DNA of 64,000 nt from Actinomycetaceae bacterium (GTDB lineage: Bacteria > Actinomycetota > Actinomycetes > Actinomycetales > Actinomycetaceae): positions 110,125-174,124 of the forward strand of contig JAUNUK010000003.1 in assembly GCA_030538185.1 (NCBI GenBank), written 5' to 3'. Of this stretch, positions 18,012 to 28,040 are shown in pieces. A program made the translations under genes and the position numbers. How positions within the stretch are numbered: position 1 is the first letter of the stretch; each line of letters opens with the position of its first letter. The notes beneath the pieces were generated by a model. The model was not told the origin of the DNA. It ran no database searches and was given only the letters and a program-made list of their open reading frames with translations.

Positions 18012-18079
18012 AGATTCCTCCGATGTAGGCCAAGGGCACATCCACTAGCCTAGTGTACCCTCACGCCCTAAAAACGCCG

Positions 18080-19621
18080 TCACACAGAATGCCTCTCCAG
18101 GAACTCATAGACATCTCTATCATCCAGACCAGGGAAGGCACCTGGGGGGACTGCGGCCAAAAGATGCGAGTGTGCCCGCACGGACGGCCAGGCATAGTTT
18201 GCCCATTTTTCTGACAACTCTGCGGGTGGCTGGCGACAACATGTGGGATCAGGGCACATGGAAGTTCTGCGTTCCGCGGTGTCTCGCCCTCGGAAATAAC
18301 GGGACTGTTCAAAAGGCACACCGAAACCTATTGCGAAATCCCCTGCACTTGTGCGCTCGACCTGACAAATGGAAAAGAAGGTACCGACCGGGGTGTCCGT
18401 GTATTGATAGTGAGGAGCGAAGGGATCGCCGACCTCAAAAACCCTGCGCACGGACATCTCTCGGCAGGCCAGTTGGCCTTCAATCGCACCGCTGGCATCC
18501 GTGGGTAACACCAGGCCGTCATTGGCGTAGGCCTTATAGATAATGCCATCGCGACCAACCCTCATGAAATGCACCGTCATATCCAGGTGCTCAGAACACA
18601 GGTTCGTGAATCGATGCACCGCTGCCTCATAGCGCACCGAGGCATAGTCGCGCAGGTCAGAAAGCGCGAGGTCGCGTTGCCGGTAAGCGTTTTTCAACCA
18701 CGCCACGGTCGCTTCTTCTGGCATAAGGACCGCCGAGGCGAAGTAATTGCTCTCTACTCTTTGACGCAGGAAGTCTGAAAAGGACGTCGGAATCCGATGC
18801 TGCAGAGCGTGATCCGCCAAGGAACGCAAAATCACCATGCGCAGGTCCTTATCTCCGCGCGAAGTCACAGGCAAATAAATCCTACGGTTACGCAGGTCCG
18901 CCACCGAGCGTGCAGCATGTGGAAGATCCTCGACGCGATGGATTTGGAATCCCAGATAATTGGCAATATCGGTCACCCCGGATTCCAGCAGAGGTCCTCC
19001 CTTATGTCCCACTGCATTCGTGACGCGCTTTGCAATCGCCTCTATCTCTGGGAAGTAGTTGTTCAACTCGCGCATTTGCGCCCGCAGGCCGACATTTGCA
19101 ACCCGGGCGGCTTCCGGGCTTTGCACCCGCAGTTGCGCCGAGGAATCCAGCTGCTTATAGGCTGCTATCAGGGCCTTCAGGGCATCCGTGGGCAGACGCG
19201 GACCAATATAGACTTCAGGGATATTCCACGAGGCAAAACGTGGATCGTTTTGGGCAGATTTCAAGGCCAGTTCCATCGCAGCCCTTTCCGAGGGCGGCTC
19301 GCTTTTCATCAGGTCGCCGATGGAGACATCCAGCGTTTGGGCAATCGCAGATAACAATGAGACCTTTGGTTCACGTTTACCGTTTTCTATCTGTGAAAGC
19401 AGTGACGGCGCGCGGTTGACTTCCTCGGCCAGGGTCGCCAGAGTCATATTCCTAGATTGGCGCATATGGCGGATTCGAGCCCCTAGTGTTGCCAGGTCGA
19501 CGGAAGTGGGGTCCGGGATCTCCGCGTCCGTGTTTGAATCTGCCCATGACATAAGGGGAGACGCGTAATGATGCTCCTTCCCTAGAGGGGATGCGGGCCT
19601 CGACGGCTTTGCCTCTGACAT
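18080..19621 (-). CDS. ramB: RamB/ScfR-like regulator (XRE HTH + ImmA/IrrE-like + DUF2083 architecture)
   Basis: It has an XRE HTH (MTLATLAEEVNRAPSLLSQIENGKR), is about 510 aa long, and is divergent from isocitrate lyase as in corynebacteria and mycobacteria. Confidence 0.75.
   Translation of the reverse strand: MSEAKPSRPASPLGKEHHYASPLMSWADSNTDAEIPDPTSVDLATLGARIRHMRQSRNMTLATLAEEVNRAPSLLSQIENGKREPKVSLLSAIAQTLDVSIGDLMKSEPPSERAAMELALKSAQNDPRFASWNIPEVYIGPRLPTDALKALIAAYKQLDSSAQLRVQSPEAARVANVGLRAQMRELNNYFPEIEAIAKRVTNAVGHKGGPLLESGVTDIANYLGFQIHRVEDLPHAARSVADLRNRRIYLPVTSRGDKDLRMVILRSLADHALQHRIPTSFSDFLRQRVESNYFASAVLMPEEATVAWLKNAYRQRDLALSDLRDYASVRYEAAVHRFTNLCSEHLDMTVHFMRVGRDGIIYKAYANDGLVLPTDASGAIEGQLACREMSVRRVFEVGDPFAPHYQYTDTPVGTFFSICQVERTSAGDFAIGFGVPFEQSRYFRGRDTAERRTSMCPDPTCCRQPPAELSEKWANYAWPSVRAHSHLLAAVPPGAFPGLDDRDVYEFLERHSV
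18285..18297 (-). repeat. copy of 13-mer ATTTCCGAGGGCG (in ramB-like CDS)
   Basis: The plus strand reads CGCCCTCGGAAAT. Confidence 0.9.
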
Positions 19622-19755
19622 CTGAACTCCTTCGAGCGTGAGCTAGGTCTCTTTTTCACACGAGTTACACTCTACGTGAAATTTACGAAATCTTCACACC
19701 ATATTAGCTTGGTTTTGCCGTTGAAACGGTGTGAATATATGTATGTCATCATACT

Positions 19756-19776
19756 TTCACAAACACTGGTTGTGAA
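19756..19776. promoter_or_regulatory. candidate operator upstream of aceA
   Basis: The inverted repeat is TTCACAA-N7-TTGTGAA. Three further TTCACAC/GTGTGAA copies lie at 19655, 19693 and 19729 in the ramB-aceA intergenic region. Confidence 0.45.
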
Positions 19777-19787
19777 TAGGGGAATCC

Positions 19788-19814
19788 ATAAACTGATAGT
19801 AAGGCAGAGCCATG
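19788..19814 (+). promoter_or_regulatory. conserved leader/promoter block, copy 1 (aceA)
   Basis: ATAAACTGATAGTAAGGCAGAGCCATG is identical at 23 of 27 positions, at the same register to the ATG, with the block at 21197-21223. Confidence 0.6.
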
Positions 19815-21101
19815 ACTGAGACAGCAAAAGAACGAATCGCACGCCGCGGCCAAGAAATCGAAGCAGACTGGGCCAATAACCCACGTTGGGCCGGCGTGAA
19901 GCGCGACTACAGCGGTGCAGAGGTTGCACGCCTGCAAGGGCGTATGACCGAAGAACACACCATCGCACGTCGCGGGGCAGAAAAACTGTGGGAACTGCTA
20001 AACAAAGAAGACTACGTTCACGCTCTGGGAGCCATCACCGGAAACCAGGCAGTCGAAATGGCGAAGGCCGGCCTAAAGGCCATCTACCTGTCAGGCTGGC
20101 AGGTCGCCGCTGACGGAAACTCCGCCTCTGCTACCTACCCTGACCAGTCCCTATACCCCTATGACTCGGTACCCAAGGTGGTTCAACGCATCAACAACGC
20201 ACTGAGCCGCGCAGACCAGATTGACTACTCTGAGGGTCTAGATGAGGTCGATTACTTCCTGCCAATCGTCGCAGACGCTGAAGCCGGATTCGGTGGCCCA
20301 CTGAATGCCTACGAGCTGGCCCGCGCTTTGATCCGCGCCGGGGCTTCAGGGATGCACTACGAAGATCAGCTATCTTCTGAAAAGAAGTGTGGACACCTGG
20401 GCGGCAAGGTCCTTATCCCCACCTCACAGCATGTTCGCAACCTGAAGGCAGCCCGCCTGGCAGCCGACGTGGAAAACACGCCCACCATCTTGGTCGCACG
20501 TACCGACTCCTTGGGTGCCAACATCATCACCTCCGATGTTGACGAAACCGACCGCCCGTTCCTCACCGGGGAGCGCACGGCCGAGGGCTTCTACTACACC
20601 GAGCCCGGCACGCCCGTGGTCATTGCACGCCTTATGGAATTCGCACCATATGCTGACCTGCTCTGGGTAGAAACCGCCACACCAGACATGGACGTGGCCA
20701 AGGAAATCGCCGAGGCCGTCAAGGCCAAGTACCCAGACCAAATGCTGGCCTACAACTGCTCGCCGTCCTTCAACTGGAAAGCCAATCTGAACGACGACGA
20801 AATCGCCCGCTTCCAACGCGAACTGGGTTCCATGGGTTACGCCTTCCAGTTCATCACACTGGCAGGCTTCCACCAGTTGAACTACGGCATGTTCGACCTG
20901 GCCTACGGTTATGCACGCGAAGGCATGCCTGCCTACGTGCGCTTACAGGAAGAAGAGTTCGCCTCGGAGTCACGCGGCTACACCGCAACCAAGCACCAAC
21001 GCGAGGTCGGCGCCGGCTACTTCGACCTTATTTCAACGACGATCAACCCCGATTCCTCCACCTTGGCCCTCGTGGGCTCGACAGAGGAAGCGCAGTTCTA
21101 G
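19812..21101 (+). CDS. aceA: isocitrate lyase
   Basis: It carries the KKCGHLGGK signature and is 429 aa long. Confidence 0.95.
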   Translation: MTETAKERIARRGQEIEADWANNPRWAGVKRDYSGAEVARLQGRMTEEHTIARRGAEKLWELLNKEDYVHALGAITGNQAVEMAKAGLKAIYLSGWQVAADGNSASATYPDQSLYPYDSVPKVVQRINNALSRADQIDYSEGLDEVDYFLPIVADAEAGFGGPLNAYELARALIRAGASGMHYEDQLSSEKKCGHLGGKVLIPTSQHVRNLKAARLAADVENTPTILVARTDSLGANIITSDVDETDRPFLTGERTAEGFYYTEPGTPVVIARLMEFAPYADLLWVETATPDMDVAKEIAEAVKAKYPDQMLAYNCSPSFNWKANLNDDEIARFQRELGSMGYAFQFITLAGFHQLNYGMFDLAYGYAREGMPAYVRLQEEEFASESRGYTATKHQREVGAGYFDLISTTINPDSSTLALVGSTEEAQF

Positions 21102-21150
21102 GCATGTGATGTCTGGGACGCACAGTCACCTTTAGTGTGGCACTCCCTTT

Positions 21151-21192
21151 TGCTCGCCCTCGGCAATCTTAAAAAATTGCCGAGGGCGAGCA
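21151..21192 (+). terminator. perfect 17-bp hairpin between aceA and aceB
   Basis: TGCTCGCCCTCGGCAAT - loop CTTAAAAA - ATTGCCGAGGGCGAGCA. No U-tract follows on the + strand. Confidence 0.65.
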
Positions 21193-21196
21193 CCAA

Positions 21197-21220
21197 ATAA
21201 ACTGATAGAACGGTAGAGAC

Positions 21221-21223
<3 letters not shown>
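21197..21223 (+). promoter_or_regulatory. conserved leader/promoter block, copy 2 (aceB)
   Basis: The sequence is ATAAACTGATAGAACGGTAGAGACATG; see the copy at 19788. Confidence 0.6.
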
Positions 21224-22858
<1,635 letters not shown>

Positions 22859-22915
22859 GCACGTGATGTGCTAACGATCCAAGCCTGAGCCTCACCCGGC
22901 AGATGGCTTTCGAAA

Positions 22916-22953
22916 GGTGGTCCCTCGGCTTTGGCTCAAGCCGAGGGACCACC
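22916..22953 (+). terminator. aceB terminator hairpin
   Basis: A perfect 15-bp stem (GGTGGTCCCTCGGCT / AGCCGAGGGACCACC) with an 8-nt loop is followed by GCTTT. Confidence 0.75.
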
Positions 22954-22985
22954 GCTTTGAATTGTGTGTGCCACTCTTGCATGTT

Positions 22986-23006
22986 ACGTACGCTTTCGAG
23001 TACGCT
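22986..23006 (+). promoter_or_regulatory. candidate YefM-YoeB operator
   Basis: Two GTAC cores (GTACGCT at 22988 and 23000) are spaced 12 nt apart, just upstream of the yefM Shine-Dalgarno. Confidence 0.45.
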
Positions 23007-23025
23007 TATTTTGGAGGCAGAGAAT

Positions 23026-23271
23026 ATGACAACAACCATGACAGCGACCAGCGCACGTAGCAATCTCTATCGTCTGATTGACCAGGTCAACACCGAAAGT
23101 AAGCCATTGACCATCACGGGACAACGCGGCAACGCTGTGCTGATTAGCGAAGATGACTGGCTTGCGATCCAAGAAACCCTCGCGCTGGCAGCAGTCCCGG
23201 GATTGGTTGAGTCCATTAACCAAGCACGTCAAGAGGGAATAGAACAAGCAAGTGAAACCCTTGAATGGTAG
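23026..23271 (+). CDS. yefM: Phd/YefM-family antitoxin
   Basis: ATG 23026 follows GGAGG. The sequence ARSNLYRLIDQV...LISEDDWLAIQETL is typical of YefM. Confidence 0.85.
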   Translation: MTTTMTATSARSNLYRLIDQVNTESKPLTITGQRGNAVLISEDDWLAIQETLALAAVPGLVESINQARQEGIEQASETLEW

Positions 23272-23533
23272 CCCTTGGCGAGTCGTTTTCTCACGCCTTG
23301 CGCAAAAGGACGCGAAAAAACTGGCGAAAAGCGGCCTCAAAGCGCGAGCCCAAACCCTGATAAAGGTACTTGAATCCGACCCCTTCACAACCCCACCTCG
23401 TTTTGAAAAACTGGTTGGCGACCTTTCGGGATGCTATTCACGCAGAATCAACATCCAACACCGTTTGGTTTACGAGGTCATCACTGAGGAACACACCGTC
23501 CATGTCCTAAGAATGTGGACCCACTACGAATAA
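23252..23533 (+). CDS. yoeB: Txe/YoeB-family toxin
   Basis: The C-terminus RRINIQHRLVYEV...VHVLRMWTHYE is YoeB-like. It overlaps yefM by 20 nt, and the GTG start is uncertain. Confidence 0.8.
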   Translation: MKPLNGSPWRVVFSRLAQKDAKKLAKSGLKARAQTLIKVLESDPFTTPPRFEKLVGDLSGCYSRRINIQHRLVYEVITEEHTVHVLRMWTHYE

Positions 23534-23650
23534 CCTGGCAACAGCCCTGCATTTCCAAGAAAACCTCAGCGCATTCCTGGGATATGACCACCGCCTACAA
23601 ACCGCTGCCCAAGCCCTAGGCCTGCCCACTGTCAGCCCTGGCACGTAGAG

Positions 23651-26011
23651 TCAACGCACGACGGCCGTGGAGCGGGCGGGGAGGACTATTGTGCCACTGG
23701 CCTGGGTTGCGCTAAGTAGTTCTTGGCCGCTGACCCCTGCGATGTGTACGGTTTTGTCGCTGTGGTTCATGTAAAAGGTCAGGTCCCCGCGCTGGAGACG
23801 TTCAACGCCGGCAGGCATTTTGGGTTCCGTGATTTTCGCGTAGGCACACAACAGTCGCAGCAACACCGCCCGGGTTTTGCGGTCAGCGTCCGTCGCCACA
23901 TACCACCCCGCACCTTTCCCTTGGGCTTTGCGCGTCAAAGCGGGCTTGCCACCCAGGTCGCGGCAGGCTTTTTGCGGGGCAAAACGGGCCAGTATTTCCG
24001 TTCCCATTTCCGAGGGCGTTGGGTTGGAATCTGGCGCCAGGTTTAGAATCTGGACGTCCTCGGCCCAGATTTGTCCCGATAGCTCGATGAAAGGAACCGC
24101 TGCGTCCTTGGCGACCAGGTCGCATGTGCGCCTAAGTGCATCGGAAGTAATTTCTAAAGGCATGCCAAACTCGCCGCTGGGGGCAGTGATCGAGGCACTT
24201 ATTCGATCCATCACTACGTCAGGGTCATGTGTTTCGCCTGACGCCAACAAGGCCTCTGGCGAAAGCTGATACGGGGCGCTGCTGGCGACGTGCTCTGTCA
24301 CGTGAAGGCCCAAGAGTCCGCTCAGTTGTCGGGCATAACCGTCCAAGATGGCCTGGTTATTGCGATCCACAACGCCACTTGGGCCTTGTACGAGGACTTG
24401 CGCTCCCGCGCGTACCGCTGCCTCAAGGCGTCGAGCAAAGGCGTCATCCAGCGACCACAATTGCGGCACAACAACCAGGTCGTAGCCCGAGATGTCCGTC
24501 CCGGGCCGCACAATGTCGACCGGAATGTTGGCCTCGAAGAAACTTCGGTGCCAAGAACGCAAGGAGGCAAAAGGTGCTTCTTGCACAGGCCCACAACTGG
24601 CCGTGCGCAGCCACTGGGAATCCCAGTCCATCACCATGGCCGCGCGCGCACCCGTTATCGGTTTCGCATTCGTGGCTGGCGTGAGAGGACCAGGAAACAG
24701 CTCAGGTTTTTCTTCCCTGCCCACGTCTTGTGCATCTGTACCTTCAGTGGACATTGGGATTTTGGACAGTGTGTTGCCCAGGTCCACGACCTCACGCCAG
24801 ACCCTGGTGTCGGTTCCTGCGTGCGGAAGCATCCCTGAATGGAAGGCCTCGTTTCCTGCAACCGCCTGACGCCACTGGAACTGGCAGATCGCATCCGCAC
24901 CACGCGCAACGCGGGCCAAGGACCACAAGGCAAACTGTCCTGGTCGTTTAGGGGAGTTACGCCCGCGCCACTGGACGGCTGAAGGGGCTTGTTCCATGAG
25001 GATAAAACCCTCACCACCGGCAGGTATCCCTCCTTTTTGTGCCGCCTTTCGCGCTGCGGCTTCGACACTGCGCGCGTGGGTATCTTTGCCAAGGTTCGCC
25101 TTACGCGTTTGTCGGCCAAAACGCGCCTCGGCACCCAGGCCGCGCATGAGGTCCCCGATGAAGGCTACAAGAGACGCCGATTCAATACCTGCCGGATCCG
25201 GATAGGAATCGTCGGAGATAACGTCGATGTGCAGCGCCCATTGTGCGTAATCCAAATAGGGAAAAGCGCCCATAAAGTTTGTGGTCACAGGTATTGCAGG
25301 CGTTATGGCCCGCAACTCGCCTGCTTCGACCAAGAAGCACTCTAAAAGTTGGTCATTGGTGAAACGGCGCCAATCGGCCACATGCCCCGGATTACCGAAG
25401 GATGGCATGGCTACGGGCGCGTCAATCTCGTCGAAAGACCCGTAGCGTTGCGCCCACACCCAGGTTCCCCAGGCATTGTTTAGTGCGTCAATGGACTCAT
25501 AGCGGCTCGACAGCCACCCGCGAAACACGCGCACACAACGCTCACAGAAGCACTCCCACACGTGACAGCCGTACTCATTGCCCACGTGCCATAGCTTCAG
25601 GCCCGGATGCTGCCCCAGTTCGAGGGCCAACACACGAGCAAGCGAAGCCGCCCTCGCCCTAAAGTCTGGGGAGGTCGGACAATAGTGCTGGCGAGAACCG
25701 AAATTGAGCCTGCGTCCGGCAGAGGAAACAGGTAAGGAATCGGGGTACTTACGTGCGAACCACGCGGGAGGAGAGGCGGTGCCTGTGGCCAGGTCAACGG
25801 AAATCCCACGCGACCACAACCGGTCCATCAACTCGCGCAACCAGCCAAGGTCGTAGCGCCCCTCGGTGGGTTCCAGTTTTGCCCAGGCGAAGATCCCTAA
25901 GGAGACCATGGTGACACCGGCCTGGGCCATGAGGTCCAGGTCCTCATCGACAACACCCTCAGCCGATAACCACTGTTCAGGGTTGTAGTCGGCCCCGTAC
26001 ACGATCCCCAT
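23651..26011 (-). CDS. GH42 beta-galactosidase (long form with insertions)
   Basis: It has GADYNPEQW, the acid/base motif HVGNEYG, a Cys cluster (CHVWECFCERC) and the nucleophile region FILMEQ. It is 786 aa long. Confidence 0.88.
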   Translation of the reverse strand: MGIVYGADYNPEQWLSAEGVVDEDLDLMAQAGVTMVSLGIFAWAKLEPTEGRYDLGWLRELMDRLWSRGISVDLATGTASPPAWFARKYPDSLPVSSAGRRLNFGSRQHYCPTSPDFRARAASLARVLALELGQHPGLKLWHVGNEYGCHVWECFCERCVRVFRGWLSSRYESIDALNNAWGTWVWAQRYGSFDEIDAPVAMPSFGNPGHVADWRRFTNDQLLECFLVEAGELRAITPAIPVTTNFMGAFPYLDYAQWALHIDVISDDSYPDPAGIESASLVAFIGDLMRGLGAEARFGRQTRKANLGKDTHARSVEAAARKAAQKGGIPAGGEGFILMEQAPSAVQWRGRNSPKRPGQFALWSLARVARGADAICQFQWRQAVAGNEAFHSGMLPHAGTDTRVWREVVDLGNTLSKIPMSTEGTDAQDVGREEKPELFPGPLTPATNAKPITGARAAMVMDWDSQWLRTASCGPVQEAPFASLRSWHRSFFEANIPVDIVRPGTDISGYDLVVVPQLWSLDDAFARRLEAAVRAGAQVLVQGPSGVVDRNNQAILDGYARQLSGLLGLHVTEHVASSAPYQLSPEALLASGETHDPDVVMDRISASITAPSGEFGMPLEITSDALRRTCDLVAKDAAVPFIELSGQIWAEDVQILNLAPDSNPTPSEMGTEILARFAPQKACRDLGGKPALTRKAQGKGAGWYVATDADRKTRAVLLRLLCAYAKITEPKMPAGVERLQRGDLTFYMNHSDKTVHIAGVSGQELLSATQASGTIVLPARSTAVVR
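24006..24018 (+). repeat. copy of 13-mer ATTTCCGAGGGCG (in GH42 CDS, antisense)
   Basis: This is an exact match on the plus strand. Confidence 0.9.
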
Positions 26012-26109
26012 GTTTCACTCCTGTCGCACACTTGAAAACTGACGATGGTTGCACTTGTCGGCTCTTGGTTGCACCCCGGACGCAACCAACGCACCCCAAG
26101 CGCAACCAG

Positions 26110-27033
26110 CTACCCCTTGACCGCGCCCGCAGCCAGGCCCGCCCTCCAGAACCTCTGCAAGCCCAGGAACAAAATGATCAGCGGAATAACACCCAGCAAG
26201 GCACCGAGCATAACGGCGCCCTTATCGGGGGCAAAGTAGGACATCATGCCGTACAAGCCCAAGGTCACGGGCTTGATTTCGGGTGAAGAAACCATCATCA
26301 AGGGCAACAAGAAGTTATTCCAGGTCGCCACGAAAATGAACAAGAAGATGGTCACCATGGCAGGCGCCAGCAGGCGCAAGACGATGGTGAAAAAGATGCG
26401 GATCTCGGAAGCGCCGTCGATGCGTGCGGCCTCCAGCAGGTCAGAGGGCACAGAGGATTGCGCATAGACGCGCCCCAGGAACACCCCGAAAGGAGAAACA
26501 CACGAGGGGATGATGATCGCCCACATCGTATTGGTCAGCCCGATGCCGTGAAAGACCAGGTACAACGGAATGGTCAACAGTGCGACCGGCAACAAAAGAC
26601 CGGCCATGATGACGACCATGGCGACGTTCTTGCCAGGGAATTCGAACTTCGCCAGGGCGTAGCCAGCCATAACCGAAACCAGTGTCCCAAAGGCTCCGGC
26701 GACCGTGGAATACAACAGGGAGTTGATGACCCACCTGGGGAACATGTCCTTCGTCCACGACATGAGTGAGCCCCAGTTCGACCCCAGGTTGAAGTCTGCA
26801 AACCACAGAGAAAACGATCCGATCAAATCCGAGTTGTTCTTGGTCGAGGCAATAATCAGCCAGTAGATCGGGAACAAGAAATAAAAGACGGCCAGGAAAG
26901 CAACTGCGATCGCAATGACGCGAGCAGTTTGCGTGGGCCTATAGGAACGCGGGGGCTCGCCCTCGATGGATGGGCGATATGTGCGCCCGTCAGGCAGGGT
27001 GGCGACCTTCGGAGAACCTTTTAGGGACAACAT
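26110..27033 (-). CDS. carbohydrate ABC transporter permease
   Basis: It has the EAA loop LLEAARIDGASEIRIF. I prefer the start at 27033 (Shine-Dalgarno AAGGAAGG, 1 nt after the upstream stop) over 27063. Confidence 0.85.
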   Translation of the reverse strand: MLSLKGSPKVATLPDGRTYRPSIEGEPPRSYRPTQTARVIAIAVAFLAVFYFLFPIYWLIIASTKNNSDLIGSFSLWFADFNLGSNWGSLMSWTKDMFPRWVINSLLYSTVAGAFGTLVSVMAGYALAKFEFPGKNVAMVVIMAGLLLPVALLTIPLYLVFHGIGLTNTMWAIIIPSCVSPFGVFLGRVYAQSSVPSDLLEAARIDGASEIRIFFTIVLRLLAPAMVTIFLFIFVATWNNFLLPLMMVSSPEIKPVTLGLYGMMSYFAPDKGAVMLGALLGVIPLIILFLGLQRFWRAGLAAGAVKG

Positions 27034-27034
27034 C

Positions 27035-28015
27035 TCAGTCCACCTTCCTTTGCGCCAGGGCATAGATCACGGCCAAAGCACCTGCTATTAAGGCCATCAC
27101 CAAAGACACTGCCGAGGCCGGCCCGTCACCCGAGGGCGACAAGGTGCCCATCATGGTGTTGTAAGCCATCATCATCGGCGTGTAATCCTTACCCATCCAG
27201 GGGTTGACGGTGGACATAATGGTCGGCTCGTTGAACAGTTGAACGGTGCCGATAATAGAGAGCAAGACCGCCAGCAAGGCTGCACCTCGCAACAAAGGCA
27301 CCTTGATCTTTGTGGTGATTTGCCAGCCGGTTGCCCCGTCAATGCGCGCGGCCTCATAAAGCTCGTGTGGCACGGCCTGTAAAGCGGCCAAGAAGATGAG
27401 CATGTTATAGCCCGTGTAGGTCCAAGTCGTCATGTTCGCCATAGAGACCAAGATGATATTGCGGGACATGAAGTTGAAATCCACGCCCAGGGCGCTAAGC
27501 CCCTGGTTGATGGGAGAGATACCAGGCGTGTACAAGTAGAGCCACACCATTGCGGCAATGATGCCCGGTATTGCATAGGGCATAAACCACGACAGTCTAA
27601 AACCGCCGACCCGTTTCACCAGGAAAGAATCCAGTAACAGTGCCAGACCCATTGCCATCAAGATCATGATTGGGATCTGGAAGGCTGCGTAGAGAAGAAC
27701 GCGACCCATGCCTCGCCAAAAGGCCATATTGCTTACGACCTCGGCGTAGTTCAGGAAGCCGACGAAGGTGTCTTTTAGCTCGCCACCGCCGTACAAGCCC
27801 CCTCCCTCGGAAATCTGTTTGAAGAAGGAAGAGTAAAGCGAAACCCCAATGGGAATCAGGAAAACCAGGATGAACAAGGTCATGAAGGGGGCCATGAAGG
27901 CCCAACCAGTCAGGGCCTGTTTTCTAGTGGGGCCACGTCCGTGATTTTTTCTTGCCACTGCATCTCCAAACGCCGTGCTATTGGAATGATTCAGCGGGGT
28001 GCCAGACCTGGTCAA
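27035..28015 (-). CDS. carbohydrate ABC transporter permease
   Basis: This is a polytopic ORF with the EAA loop LYEAARIDGATGWQ. Confidence 0.85.
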   Translation of the reverse strand: MTRSGTPLNHSNSTAFGDAVARKNHGRGPTRKQALTGWAFMAPFMTLFILVFLIPIGVSLYSSFFKQISEGGGLYGGGELKDTFVGFLNYAEVVSNMAFWRGMGRVLLYAAFQIPIMILMAMGLALLLDSFLVKRVGGFRLSWFMPYAIPGIIAAMVWLYLYTPGISPINQGLSALGVDFNFMSRNIILVSMANMTTWTYTGYNMLIFLAALQAVPHELYEAARIDGATGWQITTKIKVPLLRGAALLAVLLSIIGTVQLFNEPTIMSTVNPWMGKDYTPMMMAYNTMMGTLSPSGDGPASAVSLVMALIAGALAVIYALAQRKVD

Positions 28016-28040
28016 ACCGGGCCTGACACCCCACCAACAA

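Noticed and set aside
19729-19762. TGTGA...TCACA pair considered as a Crp/GlxR site
   Set aside because: The spacing is 21 nt, not the 6 nt of the TGTGA-N6-TCACA consensus. I report these only as generic half-site repeats.
23535-23648. Short open frame after yoeB translating to ...LHFQENLSAFLGYDHRLQTAAQALGLPTVSPGT*, which looks faintly HTH-like
   Set aside because: It has no start codon or Shine-Dalgarno and is only about 37 codons. It could be a gene remnant, but this cannot be supported from sequence alone.
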